The position numbers were made by a program, and so were the translations under genes. A stretch of 64,000 nucleotides of DNA from Candidatus Saccharimonadales bacterium (GTDB taxonomy: Bacteria > Patescibacteriota > Saccharimonadia > Saccharimonadales > UBA7683). Positions within the stretch are counted from its first letter, which is position 1; each line of letters starts with the position of its first letter. The stretch is taken from assembly GCA_046350615.1 (NCBI GenBank), contig JAXMAA010000001.1:72480-136479 (forward strand), in the 5' to 3' direction. Below are positions 27,162-36,266 of this stretch, one piece after another. The notes below the pieces were generated by a model, which saw only the letters and a program-made list of their open reading frames with translations, was not told the DNA's origin and ran no database searches.

Positions 27162-28280
27162 TTGCTCGATGGCAAAACCATTAAGGTGGGGCAGCTTTTT
27201 AACCTACCGACCCACCAATCCATGAGGTTAGAGACTGGTCACGAAGGCTTTCGCTATATCTCCAGAAAAGTCGCCCCAGAAGCAGCTCAAGACGGTGAAT
27301 CACGTTTGGCACGGCTCGCAGCTAGCGGAATTGGAGATGCGGCCTGGTGGCAGCTTCCCCGGGAAGAACAATTTACGCGGCTTGAAGCAATAATTGGCTA
27401 TACGCCCCTTGAGCGTATCCAGCTTGATACTGGCCTCAGCGTGATGACCAAAATGGAGCACCAGAATCCTTCAGGTTCGCACTATGACCGTGCCTACTTT
27501 GCCACCATCAAGCACTTTGAAGAGATTGGGTTCATTCAACCTGGCGATGAACTACGTGACATTACCTCGGGCAGTGCTGGCATCTCACTAGCATTAATAA
27601 GCCAGCTTCTTGGGTATAAATCGCGTATTATCGTCCCGGCCGAACTACCAGCCAATCGCCTTTACCCTATGCTGCAGTTTGGCGCACAACTCGTTAGTTC
27701 AGGTGAAGGCTACGTGCCCCACGCCAGTATTGTTCAAACAAATGAAATCTTGGGCTTTAGGGAAGATCCCGAATGGCAAGAGACTCGCCCAGCCGACAGG
27801 AGCGGCCGTGCCCTGACTTTTGAAAAAGACGGCGTAAGAATCTGCCACCTTAATCACTCCAAAAATGAACTCTCTCCAGCCTCGTTCGCACCAATCGCTA
27901 GTGAAATACTCGATGATACTCCAGATATCAGCCATATAGTACTTGCTGAAGGAAATTGGACCACCATATCCGGCATTGCGAAAAGGCTTCGTATGCTCAA
28001 ACCATCCGTACACATAACCGGATACTCGGGTGAGTTCACTGATGGCAAAACCGAAAACTACGGAACCAATGTGCCAGATGTTCCTCTGCGTTTTAAAGAT
28101 CTGGAGTTGCTCGATGCCGATGTAATTGTTAGCTCGAAAGATCGTGATGCAATGCGGTGCTATGCTCCGCATCTCGGCCGGAGTTCACTAATGGGGCTAG
28201 CTGTCGCAGAAAGTATACTCAGAAATAACCCAAACGCAAATGTTGTTACGCTAGGCTATGATACAGCTGAAAGATACTAA
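27162..28280 (+). CDS. fold-type II PLP-enzyme (cysteine synthase/CBS-like) homologue lacking the Schiff-base lysine
   Basis: The segment GYTPLERI...KMEHQNPSGSHYDRAYF...ITSGSAGISLALISQLLGYKSRIIVP aligns to the CysK block xxTPL...KxExxNPxGSxKDR...TSGNTGIALA. Tyr108 (27483-27485) occupies the lysine position. The start codon is uncertain (TTG at 27162). Confidence 0.65.
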   Translation: MLDGKTIKVGQLFNLPTHQSMRLETGHEGFRYISRKVAPEAAQDGESRLARLAASGIGDAAWWQLPREEQFTRLEAIIGYTPLERIQLDTGLSVMTKMEHQNPSGSHYDRAYFATIKHFEEIGFIQPGDELRDITSGSAGISLALISQLLGYKSRIIVPAELPANRLYPMLQFGAQLVSSGEGYVPHASIVQTNEILGFREDPEWQETRPADRSGRALTFEKDGVRICHLNHSKNELSPASFAPIASEILDDTPDISHIVLAEGNWTTISGIAKRLRMLKPSVHITGYSGEFTDGKTENYGTNVPDVPLRFKDLELLDADVIVSSKDRDAMRCYAPHLGRSSLMGLAVAESILRNNPNANVVTLGYDTAERY

Positions 28281-28732
28281 GCGATTTCTTGCACTTCGTA
28301 GGTTTTGGCACCAGCTGGGAGGGTAATTTCTACCTTATCTCCAACTTTTTTGCCAAGCAAGGCTTTGCCGATTGGAGATTCGTCGGAGATTTTTGCTTCG
28401 AGCGGATCAGCCTCAACTGAATCAACAATGTGATACGTGACAGGCTTTTTGCCGCCCTTGAGGGTGACTGTGCAGCCAATCCCAACAGTGTTTTTAGTAC
28501 GCTTAGAGATAACCTCGGCATTCGCAAGAATATGTTCTATTTCAGCAATTCGATTATCCACCCGCTCTTGCTCTTCTTTTGCAGCATGATATTCAGCATT
28601 TTCAGAAAGATCACCTTGATCACGGGCAGTTTTAATTGATTCAATCACATCCAAAAGCTTTGCCTTGAGTTCACTAAGCTCAGCCTGTAGTTCCGTAACG
28701 CCTTCTTTTGTGAGTTGAAATTCTTTTTTCAT
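28277..28732 (-). CDS. greA: transcription elongation factor GreA
   Basis: The sequence is MKKEFQLTKEGVTELQAELSELKAK...ARDQGDLSENAEYHAAKEEQ...ISDESPIGKALLGKKVGD. I prefer the ATG at 28732, which is preceded by AGGATAAGGG. Confidence 0.93.
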   Translation of the reverse strand: MKKEFQLTKEGVTELQAELSELKAKLLDVIESIKTARDQGDLSENAEYHAAKEEQERVDNRIAEIEHILANAEVISKRTKNTVGIGCTVTLKGGKKPVTYHIVDSVEADPLEAKISDESPIGKALLGKKVGDKVEITLPAGAKTYEVQEIA

Positions 28733-28837
28733 GACCCTTATCCTGTTTACTTTGCGACCCAGTAGCAACCAAAAACGAGTAAAAAATAAACGCGTTATAA
28801 ACGCATTTTTCGCGTAGTTGGTTCTCTACGTGCCACG

Positions 28838-28866
28838 ATTGTAGCACGCCGATTTTGGTTTGTAAA
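28838..28866 (-). promoter_or_regulatory. greA promoter TTTACA-17-TACAAT (TGC-extended -10)
   Basis: The minus strand reads TTTACAaaccaaaatcggcgtgcTACAAT. Confidence 0.5.
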
Positions 28867-28899
28867 TGAGCATTTATACCATATTTTGTGCACTATATA

Positions 28900-28931
28900 T
28901 AGCCTATACACCACATATGGTGTATAGGCTA
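28900..28931 (-). terminator. proS terminator hairpin (perfect 14-bp stem)
   Basis: TAGCCTATACACCA-CATA-TGGTGTATAGGCTA starts 5 nt after the proS stop. The downstream sequence on the minus strand is U/A-rich (UAUAUAGUG). Confidence 0.55.
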
Positions 28932-28935
28932 AAAG

Positions 28936-30633
28936 CTATTCAATACCCAGCTTTGCAAACAATTCAGCCTCAGTAATCAGCTCGGCCTCTTCACTTATGC
29001 GAGCCTTGTATTCAAGCTTGCCTTCGGCAAGTGTACGGGCGCTCACCACCACACGGTGTGGGATACCAATCAAATCAGCATCGGCAAACTTCTCTCCCGC
29101 TCGCACATCTCTATCATCATAGAGCACCTCAATACCACTCTTATGCAACTTCTGATAGAGCGCCTCGGCCTCATCATCAGCCCCGAGCGAGATCAAATGC
29201 ACCCGAGCCGGCGCAATATTCTCCGGCCACACTAGACCACTCTCATCAGCAAAGTGTTCGGCAATCACGCCCATAACCCTACTTACACCAATACCGTAAC
29301 AACCGGCAATAATTGATTCTCGTTCACCCTTCTCGTTGGTAAAGTAGACGTCGAGCGCATCGGTATACTTCGATTCGAGCGGGAAGATATTACCAACCTC
29401 AACCGCTCGCTTAACCTCATACACCTCACCCGTTTCTGGGTGCAAATCACCTTCTCGAGCCATCTTAATATCATAAAATTGCTCTGGAGTTTTAATATCA
29501 CGGCCCCAGTTAACGTTAATACTGTGATAATTGGTATGGTTAGCACCCATTTCAAAGTTAACGCGGTTGGCACAAGATTCATCAATGAAGATCTCAACGT
29601 CATTAGCGAGGTTCAACAATCCCGCATAGCCCACTTCAGCACCCGTAACCCGGCGCACAACATCCTCTTCTGCTAGTTTCAGCGACTTTGCACCCACAAC
29701 TTTTCGGAGCTTGATTTCATTAATATCGTACCCCCCTCTCACTGCGGCTGCGATAATGCGACCATCATCCGTTTGGTACAGCATGGTTTTTGTTGTTTTT
29801 TCAACTGGGATGTTCAAAAATTTAGCAAGCTCAACAACACCTATGATACCCTTGCCTTCAACTTCTTCCATCGTACGTGGCTGTTCGTCTTCTGGAATTT
29901 TAGGAGCCAACGCTAAAGTAACCTCTTCGTTAAAACACTCTCCTGTGCTTGGTACGCAAAATAGCGTATCTTCACCAATCTCACTGATTGTTTGAAATTC
30001 ATCACTGTAACGCTCGGTGAAGATGCCTCCATCTGCCTTGGCTCGGACCGTTATTTCACTAAGCCCAAGCCGCTCAAAAATACGGTGATACGCTACGGCC
30101 GCCCGTTCGTATAGCCCCTCATGCTCCTCTTGGCTTCGAGAGAAGCTGTACATATCTTTCATGACAAATTCACGGCCACGCAGAATACCGCTTTTGGCCC
30201 GTAGTTCATTGCGGAACTTGTTTTGAATTTGATATACAAATATAGGCAGATCTTTGTACGAACTGACATAACTTGAAAGCATATCAACAATCGGCTCCTC
30301 GTGCGTCAAGCCCATCCCAAGTTCGGTTCCATTAACCAGCTTCGTCTTAAACCAGTTATCGACTTTTGCATCATCCCATCTATCAGTTTTTTCAAAAATA
30401 TCACTTGGCTGCAGAACGGTCATCTGCACTTCTTGACCATCAATGGCATCCATTTCTTCTCGGATAATATCCTTGATATTGTCCAAAACTTTCAGCCCAA
30501 GCGGCATAAATACGTAAACGCCAGCCATTTCTTTATGGATATAACCAGCTCGAATGAGTAACTGCGCACTTTTAGCAACCTCATCAGCAGGTGCATCTTT
30601 TAGTGTTTTCGTAAAAAGTTTCGAGTACTTCAT
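28936..30633 (-). CDS. proS: proline--tRNA ligase (bacterial type with editing insertion)
   Basis: The N-terminus reads MKYSKLFTKTLKDAPADEVAKSAQLLIRAGYIHKEMAGVYVFMPLG. Class II motifs are present (FRNELRAKSGILRGREF, GCYGIGVSR). Confidence 0.95.
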   Translation of the reverse strand: MKYSKLFTKTLKDAPADEVAKSAQLLIRAGYIHKEMAGVYVFMPLGLKVLDNIKDIIREEMDAIDGQEVQMTVLQPSDIFEKTDRWDDAKVDNWFKTKLVNGTELGMGLTHEEPIVDMLSSYVSSYKDLPIFVYQIQNKFRNELRAKSGILRGREFVMKDMYSFSRSQEEHEGLYERAAVAYHRIFERLGLSEITVRAKADGGIFTERYSDEFQTISEIGEDTLFCVPSTGECFNEEVTLALAPKIPEDEQPRTMEEVEGKGIIGVVELAKFLNIPVEKTTKTMLYQTDDGRIIAAAVRGGYDINEIKLRKVVGAKSLKLAEEDVVRRVTGAEVGYAGLLNLANDVEIFIDESCANRVNFEMGANHTNYHSINVNWGRDIKTPEQFYDIKMAREGDLHPETGEVYEVKRAVEVGNIFPLESKYTDALDVYFTNEKGERESIIAGCYGIGVSRVMGVIAEHFADESGLVWPENIAPARVHLISLGADDEAEALYQKLHKSGIEVLYDDRDVRAGEKFADADLIGIPHRVVVSARTLAEGKLEYKARISEEAELITEAELFAKLGIE

Positions 30634-30674
30634 GTTTTCCCTCTTTCTTACACCTATTGTACTAGATAGCGATC

Positions 30675-31085
30675 TTACCTGTCATGGGTTTCGAGATTTC
30701 CCATTCCAGGCATCCTGCGTTGGGTAGATACACGGGCTGTAGCAATAGTTCGAAGCCTTCTGCTTCGCAGCCCTTTAAGAGCAGTTGCGCCAGCCAGATG
30801 CATGAGCCTTCGCGCAACTCGCTCCTGTATCTGATCGCCAATACTAAGATCAGCACAGTACATCTCGACCGCCTCTTTCTCAAGAGCATTAGCCCAACGC
30901 ACACCGCCCCTTAGCTCATCTATCGTAATTGCGCCACTCATCACCTGACACTTAAGTTTTTCGGCTTCATCTTGTGCCATCTCTGAGAGATCCCAACCCT
31001 CGTTTAACGCCCAGTAAGCATCCTCCGCTGTCCATCTGCCATCTTCCAACCCCACTTCAACTAACCTGGTTTTATTCTCAGCCAT
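30675..31085 (-). CDS. hypothetical protein (136 aa)
   Basis: From the ORF track, with SD AAAGGA upstream. No family is recognised. Confidence 0.5.
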   Translation of the reverse strand: MAENKTRLVEVGLEDGRWTAEDAYWALNEGWDLSEMAQDEAEKLKCQVMSGAITIDELRGGVRWANALEKEAVEMYCADLSIGDQIQERVARRLMHLAGATALKGLRSRRLRTIATARVSTQRRMPGMGNLETHDR

Positions 31086-31397
31086 ACTAAAATATCCTTT
31101 ATCAACTTCGGAAAGGTTTGGGCATAAAAATACCCCTTGGCTGGGGCGTCCGATCTGATTTATTTTAGTTTAATGGTAACAAACCCCAGCTGCTATACAG
31201 GAGTCGGTACGGGCAATACAGATAGTGTGTATTGGTAACTCATACTTTCATTATAGCACGAATTGAAATAATATGCAACTTACGCTTATTTTCCTATTAA
31301 ATCCTAAGGTCGTCGTTCTCAGGTTGCTAATTTGGTAACTAAAAGCGTCAGTTATAGTCTGAGATAGCGAACTGTACATAGAATCTAGTAATACTCT

Positions 31398-31424
31398 GGA
31401 TTCCCGATCTAGCCGGGAATGACA
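31398..31424. repeat. hairpin repeat GGATTCCCGatctagcCGGGAATGACA
   Basis: It shares ATTCCYGATCNAGCCGGGAATGACA with 61582-61610 and the CCGGGAATGACAAA tail with 53838-53883. Confidence 0.7.
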
Positions 31425-31435
31425 GCTGCAGGTTA

Positions 31436-32134
31436 TTATTTGCCCCAATGAAGAAACAGGACACCGAAGGCCAAAAAGTTTTTGAGAGCATGGAGTAAGA
31501 CTGCGGGGAGCAAACTCTTACTATATTCAGCAAGCAAGCAAAGTAAAATGCCGAGTGCAAAGGTATCTACGGCCACGTTCGCCTGCCCATGCGCTAATGC
31601 AAAAGCGAAGCTCGTTATGAAAGCACTCACTACGAGAGGAAGCCGTTTGCGGAGTCCATGAAACAAAACTCCCCTGAACAGCATCTCTTCAAACAAAGGC
31701 GTTATAACAACCAACACAACAAATGCAAGAATTGTGCTATGACCTCCACTCGCTGCGAGACCTATATCTTGTGCCTGGTCTGAATTGAAGCCCGGTATTT
31801 GCTGCGCAACACTCATTAGAAGCGATGAAGCTACTATATACAGTGCAAATGCTACGGGAACCAAACCAACGTAGCGTAACTTCCCTGCCGAAACGCCGAT
31901 ATCACGCCATCGAAACCTAAGTAACTTCATGCCAGTTGTCAGCAGTATCAAAAACGCCACAAAGACCCCAATAAGCAAAAGCATCGACTGGGCGTTTTTA
32001 CTTGGGGAGAAGCGAATAAAGGGCAGTATGATGGCCAAACCAAGTAGCTGTGCTGTAAAATAAAGCACTACCGAGCTCAGTATGACTACTACGGGATTCT
32101 TCCAAAAATCTCGGTTCTCAGCAAGGTGTGGCAT
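31436..32134 (-). CDS. CPBP family intramembrane glutamic endopeptidase (CAAX/Abi-type)
   Basis: It has the motifs ITPLFEEMLFRGVLFHGL and FAFALAHG in a multi-TM protein. Confidence 0.85.
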   Translation of the reverse strand: MPHLAENRDFWKNPVVVILSSVVLYFTAQLLGLAIILPFIRFSPSKNAQSMLLLIGVFVAFLILLTTGMKLLRFRWRDIGVSAGKLRYVGLVPVAFALYIVASSLLMSVAQQIPGFNSDQAQDIGLAASGGHSTILAFVVLVVITPLFEEMLFRGVLFHGLRKRLPLVVSAFITSFAFALAHGQANVAVDTFALGILLCLLAEYSKSLLPAVLLHALKNFLAFGVLFLHWGK

Positions 32135-33208
32135 CTAAAAGAACCTTTTGATGTCTACCACCGTGATCACGGCCGCTAGTGCCAGCAAAACCAACATTCC
32201 CGTACCGTGAATCTTTTCCTCAAGTTCTTTACTGAGCGGCTTTTTAAGCAGCCGAAACAGAGCCAGTACGAACAATCGACCACCATCGAGAGCAGGTATC
32301 GGCAAAACATTCATCACCGCCAAGGAAACTGAGATCACACCAATCAGAAATAGCACAAAGACCAGCCCGTGCTTAGCAAGATCTTTCAGCACCACCACAA
32401 TTCCCACCGGCCCAGTTACAGCCTGGCCAGCCTCAGAGGCTCTTCCAGCAAAAAGATTACCAACCGCGCCACCAAGACCCTCGAGTGTCGCCCAAGTAAA
32501 CTGTGCCGTGGTACCAACTCCCACAATTGGTGCCGACCATGTAGAGCGAATCAGGGTTTGCTCGCCCGGAGCCACGCCAAAGTTGCCTTTCTCTGGATCA
32601 TTGCGCAATGTCACCTGCTTGGTTTGTGTGTGTCCGCTATGAGAGAAAGTCACTGCAATACTTTTGCCAGCCTCTGCCTTTGTAATACTTCGAAGCTGCT
32701 GGCCGCTCTTCACATCAACATTATTAAGCGAGAGGATTCTATCTCCTTGCTGAATACCATTTTTCTCAGCTGGAGAATTGGGTTCGATATACCCCGCAAA
32801 AACCTCTTGGCGCATCGTTCTGGCATCAGATGCAATCTTAAACTGATTATCAATCAGCTGTGGCATGCCAATCAGTGCTACAATCGTGAAAATAACTGCC
32901 GCCGCCACCCAGTTCATTAAAACACCGGCAGCAAGAATCCATGCTTTGCGTGGCAAGCTCGCAGCACCAAAACTGCCTTTTTCTGTTGCCGCATCGTGCT
33001 CACCCTTCAGCTTCACAAACCCACCAAGCGGAAGCCAGTTGAGGGTATATTCAGTGCCGTTCTTCTTAGTTAGAACCTTTGCCCGGGGCGGAAAACCAAT
33101 GCCAAACTCCTCTACTTCAACTCCACCCTTTTTTGCTGCAATAAGATGTCCGTACTCATGAACTACCACCAATAAAACAAATAAAACCAACCCAAAAAAT
33201 ATAAGCAT
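32135..33208 (-). CDS. rseP: RIP metalloprotease RseP (M50 site-2 protease)
   Basis: It has HExxH in TM1 (VVVHEYGHLIAAKKGG), a PDZ segment (GIQQGDRILSLNNVDV) and C-terminal NVLPIPALDGG. Confidence 0.92.
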   Translation of the reverse strand: MLIFFGLVLFVLLVVVHEYGHLIAAKKGGVEVEEFGIGFPPRAKVLTKKNGTEYTLNWLPLGGFVKLKGEHDAATEKGSFGAASLPRKAWILAAGVLMNWVAAAVIFTIVALIGMPQLIDNQFKIASDARTMRQEVFAGYIEPNSPAEKNGIQQGDRILSLNNVDVKSGQQLRSITKAEAGKSIAVTFSHSGHTQTKQVTLRNDPEKGNFGVAPGEQTLIRSTWSAPIVGVGTTAQFTWATLEGLGGAVGNLFAGRASEAGQAVTGPVGIVVVLKDLAKHGLVFVLFLIGVISVSLAVMNVLPIPALDGGRLFVLALFRLLKKPLSKELEEKIHGTGMLVLLALAAVITVVDIKRFF

Positions 33209-33237
33209 GAATACTAGTATATAGGGAATTGTGGCGA

Positions 33238-33282
33238 GTTGGTAGTGGGTGTAGTTGGTAGTGAGTAGTTTGTGGTTGGTAG
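33238..33282. repeat. three copies of the octamer GTTGGTAG (CUACCAAC on the rseP mRNA strand)
   Basis: The copies are at 33238-33245, 33254-33261 and 33275-33282, in the spacer between uppS and rseP. Confidence 0.6.
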
Positions 33283-33390
33283 CTAATAGCCGACCTCCTA
33301 CGTATTGTTTGCTGCGTACTACTCTTTTCGCTCATATATTAGAAGAGCTTCGCCAAAGCTACGGACCACAAGCAACCTGTCATTTGGTAT

Positions 33391-34087
33391 CTAATTGCCA
33401 CCGAAGCGGCGCTGGCGATGAGAGTATTCTGAAAATGCCTCATGCAGATCAGCCACCGTAAAAGCCGGCCATGGTTTTGGCGAAAAATAAAGTTCGGCGT
33501 AAGCCATGCGTGGCAACATAAAACCACTCAGGCGCTGCTCGCCACTAGTGCGAATCATCAAATCTACCGGCGGAATCTCTGGTAGATACAAATGCTCCTT
33601 GACCAGATCATCGGTTATATCCTCGGCCCCGATACCAGTTTGAACAATATTTTTAACCGCATCCGTGATCTCACGAAATCCGCCATAATTAAAGCAAAGT
33701 GCCAGCATGCCGCCTGTATTATTCCGCGAATCCTCCTCCGCTTGCCTCCAAGCATCAATCACCTTTTTTTGGCACGCGGTCTTCAATCCCCAGCACAACA
33801 ATCTTGATGTTTTCCGCAATCAGTTCACGCAAATCACGCTGCGCCATTTTGATAGCCAGATTCATTAAATAATCAACCTCTTCTTTGGCACGATTCCAGT
33901 TTTCAATCGAGAAGATGTATGCACTTACATAATCAACCCCACTATGAAATGCCTCACGGGCAATCGTTTTAAGGTTTTCATAACCTCTGCGATGCCCCTC
34001 AAGCGTCGGCAGCCCTTCAGCTCGAGCCCACCGCCGATTACCATCAAGAATCAAGCCAAGATGCTGCGGAACATTAAATTCGCTCAT
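33391..34087 (-). CDS. uppS: isoprenyl transferase (undecaprenyl-diphosphate synthase), interrupted by a frameshift in an A7 run
   Basis: Track ORFs 33755-34087 (HLGLILDGNRRWARAEGLP...GHRRGYENL...SIENWNR) and 33391-33819 (NYGGFREI...DLMIRTSGEQRLSGFML...AELYFS) together form a complete UppS. Removing one A at 33764-33770 gives ...DRVPKKVIDAWRQ... Confidence 0.88.
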
Positions 34088-35151
34088 CGACTATACGCTT
34101 TACCATCTCGGAAAATACTAGATATTGAACCATTAGTTGCAATTTCAAAAATTGCAGCACCAATGATTGGCGCAATTTTAACCACTTCCAGCCTTGACCC
34201 TAGGGCTTCCGCACTTTTGACCTGCGGGACCGTATCACTAACAATTATTTTATCAACCTCAGCCTCAGACAGCCTCTCCAGTGCGGGTTCTGAAAATATG
34301 CCGTGAGTTGCCGCAACAACAATTTTCTCAGCCCCAGACCTTCTCAATATCTCTATTGCAGACTTCAGTGTTCCTGCCGTATCTATCATGTCATCAACAA
34401 GCACACACGTTCTACCACCAACATTTTCTACACGCTCAGCATGTTTTACACCGCCCTCTTTATCCCTCGTTTTAGCCATTACATCTATTCTTCCACCAAG
34501 ATAGTCAGCAAAGTGCTCCGGTAAACTTAATCTACCCCCATCAGGCGCTATAAAAATCACATCTTCTGGGTCTACACCCTCACCTTCAAGATAGCCCTTA
34601 GTTGCAACTTGCAAACTATCAACTGCCGAGAGATTATCAGCAAGTGGGTGATGTGAGATAGTTTGTTGACAATGGGCATCAATAACCAGAAGTCTGCCCA
34701 TTCCAACAGCTGCCATGATATCTATATGAGCAATGGCCGATACCGGTTCTCGACCGTGCTTCTTTCTATCCTGTCGTCCATAACCGAACTGAGGCTTTAC
34801 AACAGTAACAGAGCTTGCCGAAGCCCTGTGAGCAGCGTCAACCATAATAACCGTTTCCATAATGGAGTCGTTCACTGACCATGGAGCGTCATCGGCCCGG
34901 CCCTCTAAGGATCTATGCCTTCCGGCTGCATCAGTTTGAATAATAAAGACATCTTTACCTCTTAGCGACACGTCTGCATACTCTAGCGTCAGCTCAGTAT
35001 TTGGAAATTGCTTAGAATGAGGGTCGGTCGCCTCGGCACCAACTGCACCAGCAGCACTTTCGGCATGTTCGGGATATGTACTACCACCAACAATCACAAC
35101 CCCAGCAGCTTGTTCTGGCGTAAAAATTCGTCCGCTCATTACTTCAGGCAT
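34084..35151 (-). CDS. prs: ribose-phosphate diphosphokinase (PRPP synthetase)
   Basis: It has the PRPP-binding loop VLVDDMIDTAGTLKSAIEIL, plus VVKPQFGYGRQDRK. Confidence 0.88.
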   Translation of the reverse strand: MPEVMSGRIFTPEQAAGVVIVGGSTYPEHAESAAGAVGAEATDPHSKQFPNTELTLEYADVSLRGKDVFIIQTDAAGRHRSLEGRADDAPWSVNDSIMETVIMVDAAHRASASSVTVVKPQFGYGRQDRKKHGREPVSAIAHIDIMAAVGMGRLLVIDAHCQQTISHHPLADNLSAVDSLQVATKGYLEGEGVDPEDVIFIAPDGGRLSLPEHFADYLGGRIDVMAKTRDKEGGVKHAERVENVGGRTCVLVDDMIDTAGTLKSAIEILRRSGAEKIVVAATHGIFSEPALERLSEAEVDKIIVSDTVPQVKSAEALGSRLEVVKIAPIIGAAIFEIATNGSISSIFRDGKAYSR

Positions 35152-35157
35152 ATTCCG

Positions 35158-35709
35158 TTACACCGTCATGATTTCTTGTTCTTTGGCTTTTGCCGCAGCT
35201 TCCACCTTGCTGTTGAACTCGTTGATTGCTTCTGCAACCTGTGTCTCCGTCCGCTTCACATCATCTTCTGAAAATTCTTTGGTATCTTTTAAGCGCTTTG
35301 CTTCTTTAATGGCATCGTGACGGATATTTCTCAGAGTGATTTTTGCCTCTTCAACAGTGTCGCCAAGACTTTTTACAATTTGGCGGCGCAGCTCTTCGGT
35401 TAGCGGTGGCATTGGCACACGAACCACCCGCCCATCGTCTGAAGGATTCAGGCTCATAGTTTGATCATTTCGGATAGCCGTAGCAATTGCTTGCAGATTA
35501 GTTGGATCGAACGGTGTGATCTGTAGCAGCTGCGGTTCTGGTGCCGTAATGTTTGCAACTTGGTTAAGAGGCATCAGCTGCCCGTATACTTCAACCCGAA
35601 TTCCCTCAACAATACTTGGATGCGCACGTCCGGTTCGCACCTTTTTAAGTTCGTCTTCAAGATGATCCACCGCAGCCTGCATCTTCACTTTATAACTTTG
35701 TAAATCCAT
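35158..35709 (-). CDS. frr: ribosome recycling factor
   Basis: Supporting sequence includes VRTGRAHPSIVEGIRVEVYG, PPLTEELRRQIVK and RNIRHDAIK. The SD is AAAGGAG. Confidence 0.95.
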   Translation of the reverse strand: MDLQSYKVKMQAAVDHLEDELKKVRTGRAHPSIVEGIRVEVYGQLMPLNQVANITAPEPQLLQITPFDPTNLQAIATAIRNDQTMSLNPSDDGRVVRVPMPPLTEELRRQIVKSLGDTVEEAKITLRNIRHDAIKEAKRLKDTKEFSEDDVKRTETQVAEAINEFNSKVEAAAKAKEQEIMTV

Positions 35710-35758
35710 TCAAGCTCCTTTAACTAGCCCCATTATAACAGATAGGTGAGCTTCAGAT

Positions 35759-36004
35759 TTAAAAATCACGATACGTTTGATCATCTCGCTTGGCAATAGA
35801 TTTTATTTCACAAATCCCATCAGGCCTTTTGAGATAAATCAACCTGATTTCGCCAATCCTAACTCTAAAACAGTCTTTATTACCTTTGAGCTTTTTTATA
35901 TCAAGCCCGGCCGTGTTACCTTGTCGAATTTGAGCTATAATTGCAAAAATTTTGAGATTAGTCTTTAAGGGAAGTCTGCGGAGTGCTTTTTCGTTCTTGT
36001 TCAT
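35759..36004 (-). CDS. type II toxin, RelE/ParE superfamily
   Basis: The 81-aa protein carries KLKGNKDCFRVRIGEIRLIYLKRPDGICEIKSIAKRDDQTY, which matches the RelE/ParE pattern (yRlRvGdyRviY...i..I.hR...Y). Confidence 0.75.
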   Translation of the reverse strand: MNKNEKALRRLPLKTNLKIFAIIAQIRQGNTAGLDIKKLKGNKDCFRVRIGEIRLIYLKRPDGICEIKSIAKRDDQTYRDF

Positions 36005-36266
36005 CTATGACCTTTTGCAGGAGCGTCATAAATGTTTCAGCTGGCATACCGCCACTTGGCAGATTACTAAAATCTGCCACAGTTTGCCAGTTTTCGCTCA
36101 CTGGATCGCCCCATTCATCCAGTTTCGCTTTTCTGATTTTTTCCAACAAAGCCTGACGAATAATATCACTTCTGGAAGTGTAATCACGCTTCGCCAAGGC
36201 ATCCACTCTCTTGAGCAGTCCTTTTGGCAACGTAATATTAACCGTCTGACTTTGTGTACTTTTCAT
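35958..36266 (-). CDS. ribbon-helix-helix (CopG-type) antitoxin
   Basis: The RHH motif is VNITLPKGLLKRVDALAKRDYTSRSDIIRQALLEKI. It lies directly upstream of the toxin and overlaps it. Confidence 0.75.
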   Translation of the reverse strand: MKSTQSQTVNITLPKGLLKRVDALAKRDYTSRSDIIRQALLEKIRKAKLDEWGDPVSENWQTVADFSNLPSGGMPAETFMTLLQKVIDEQERKSTPQTSLKD

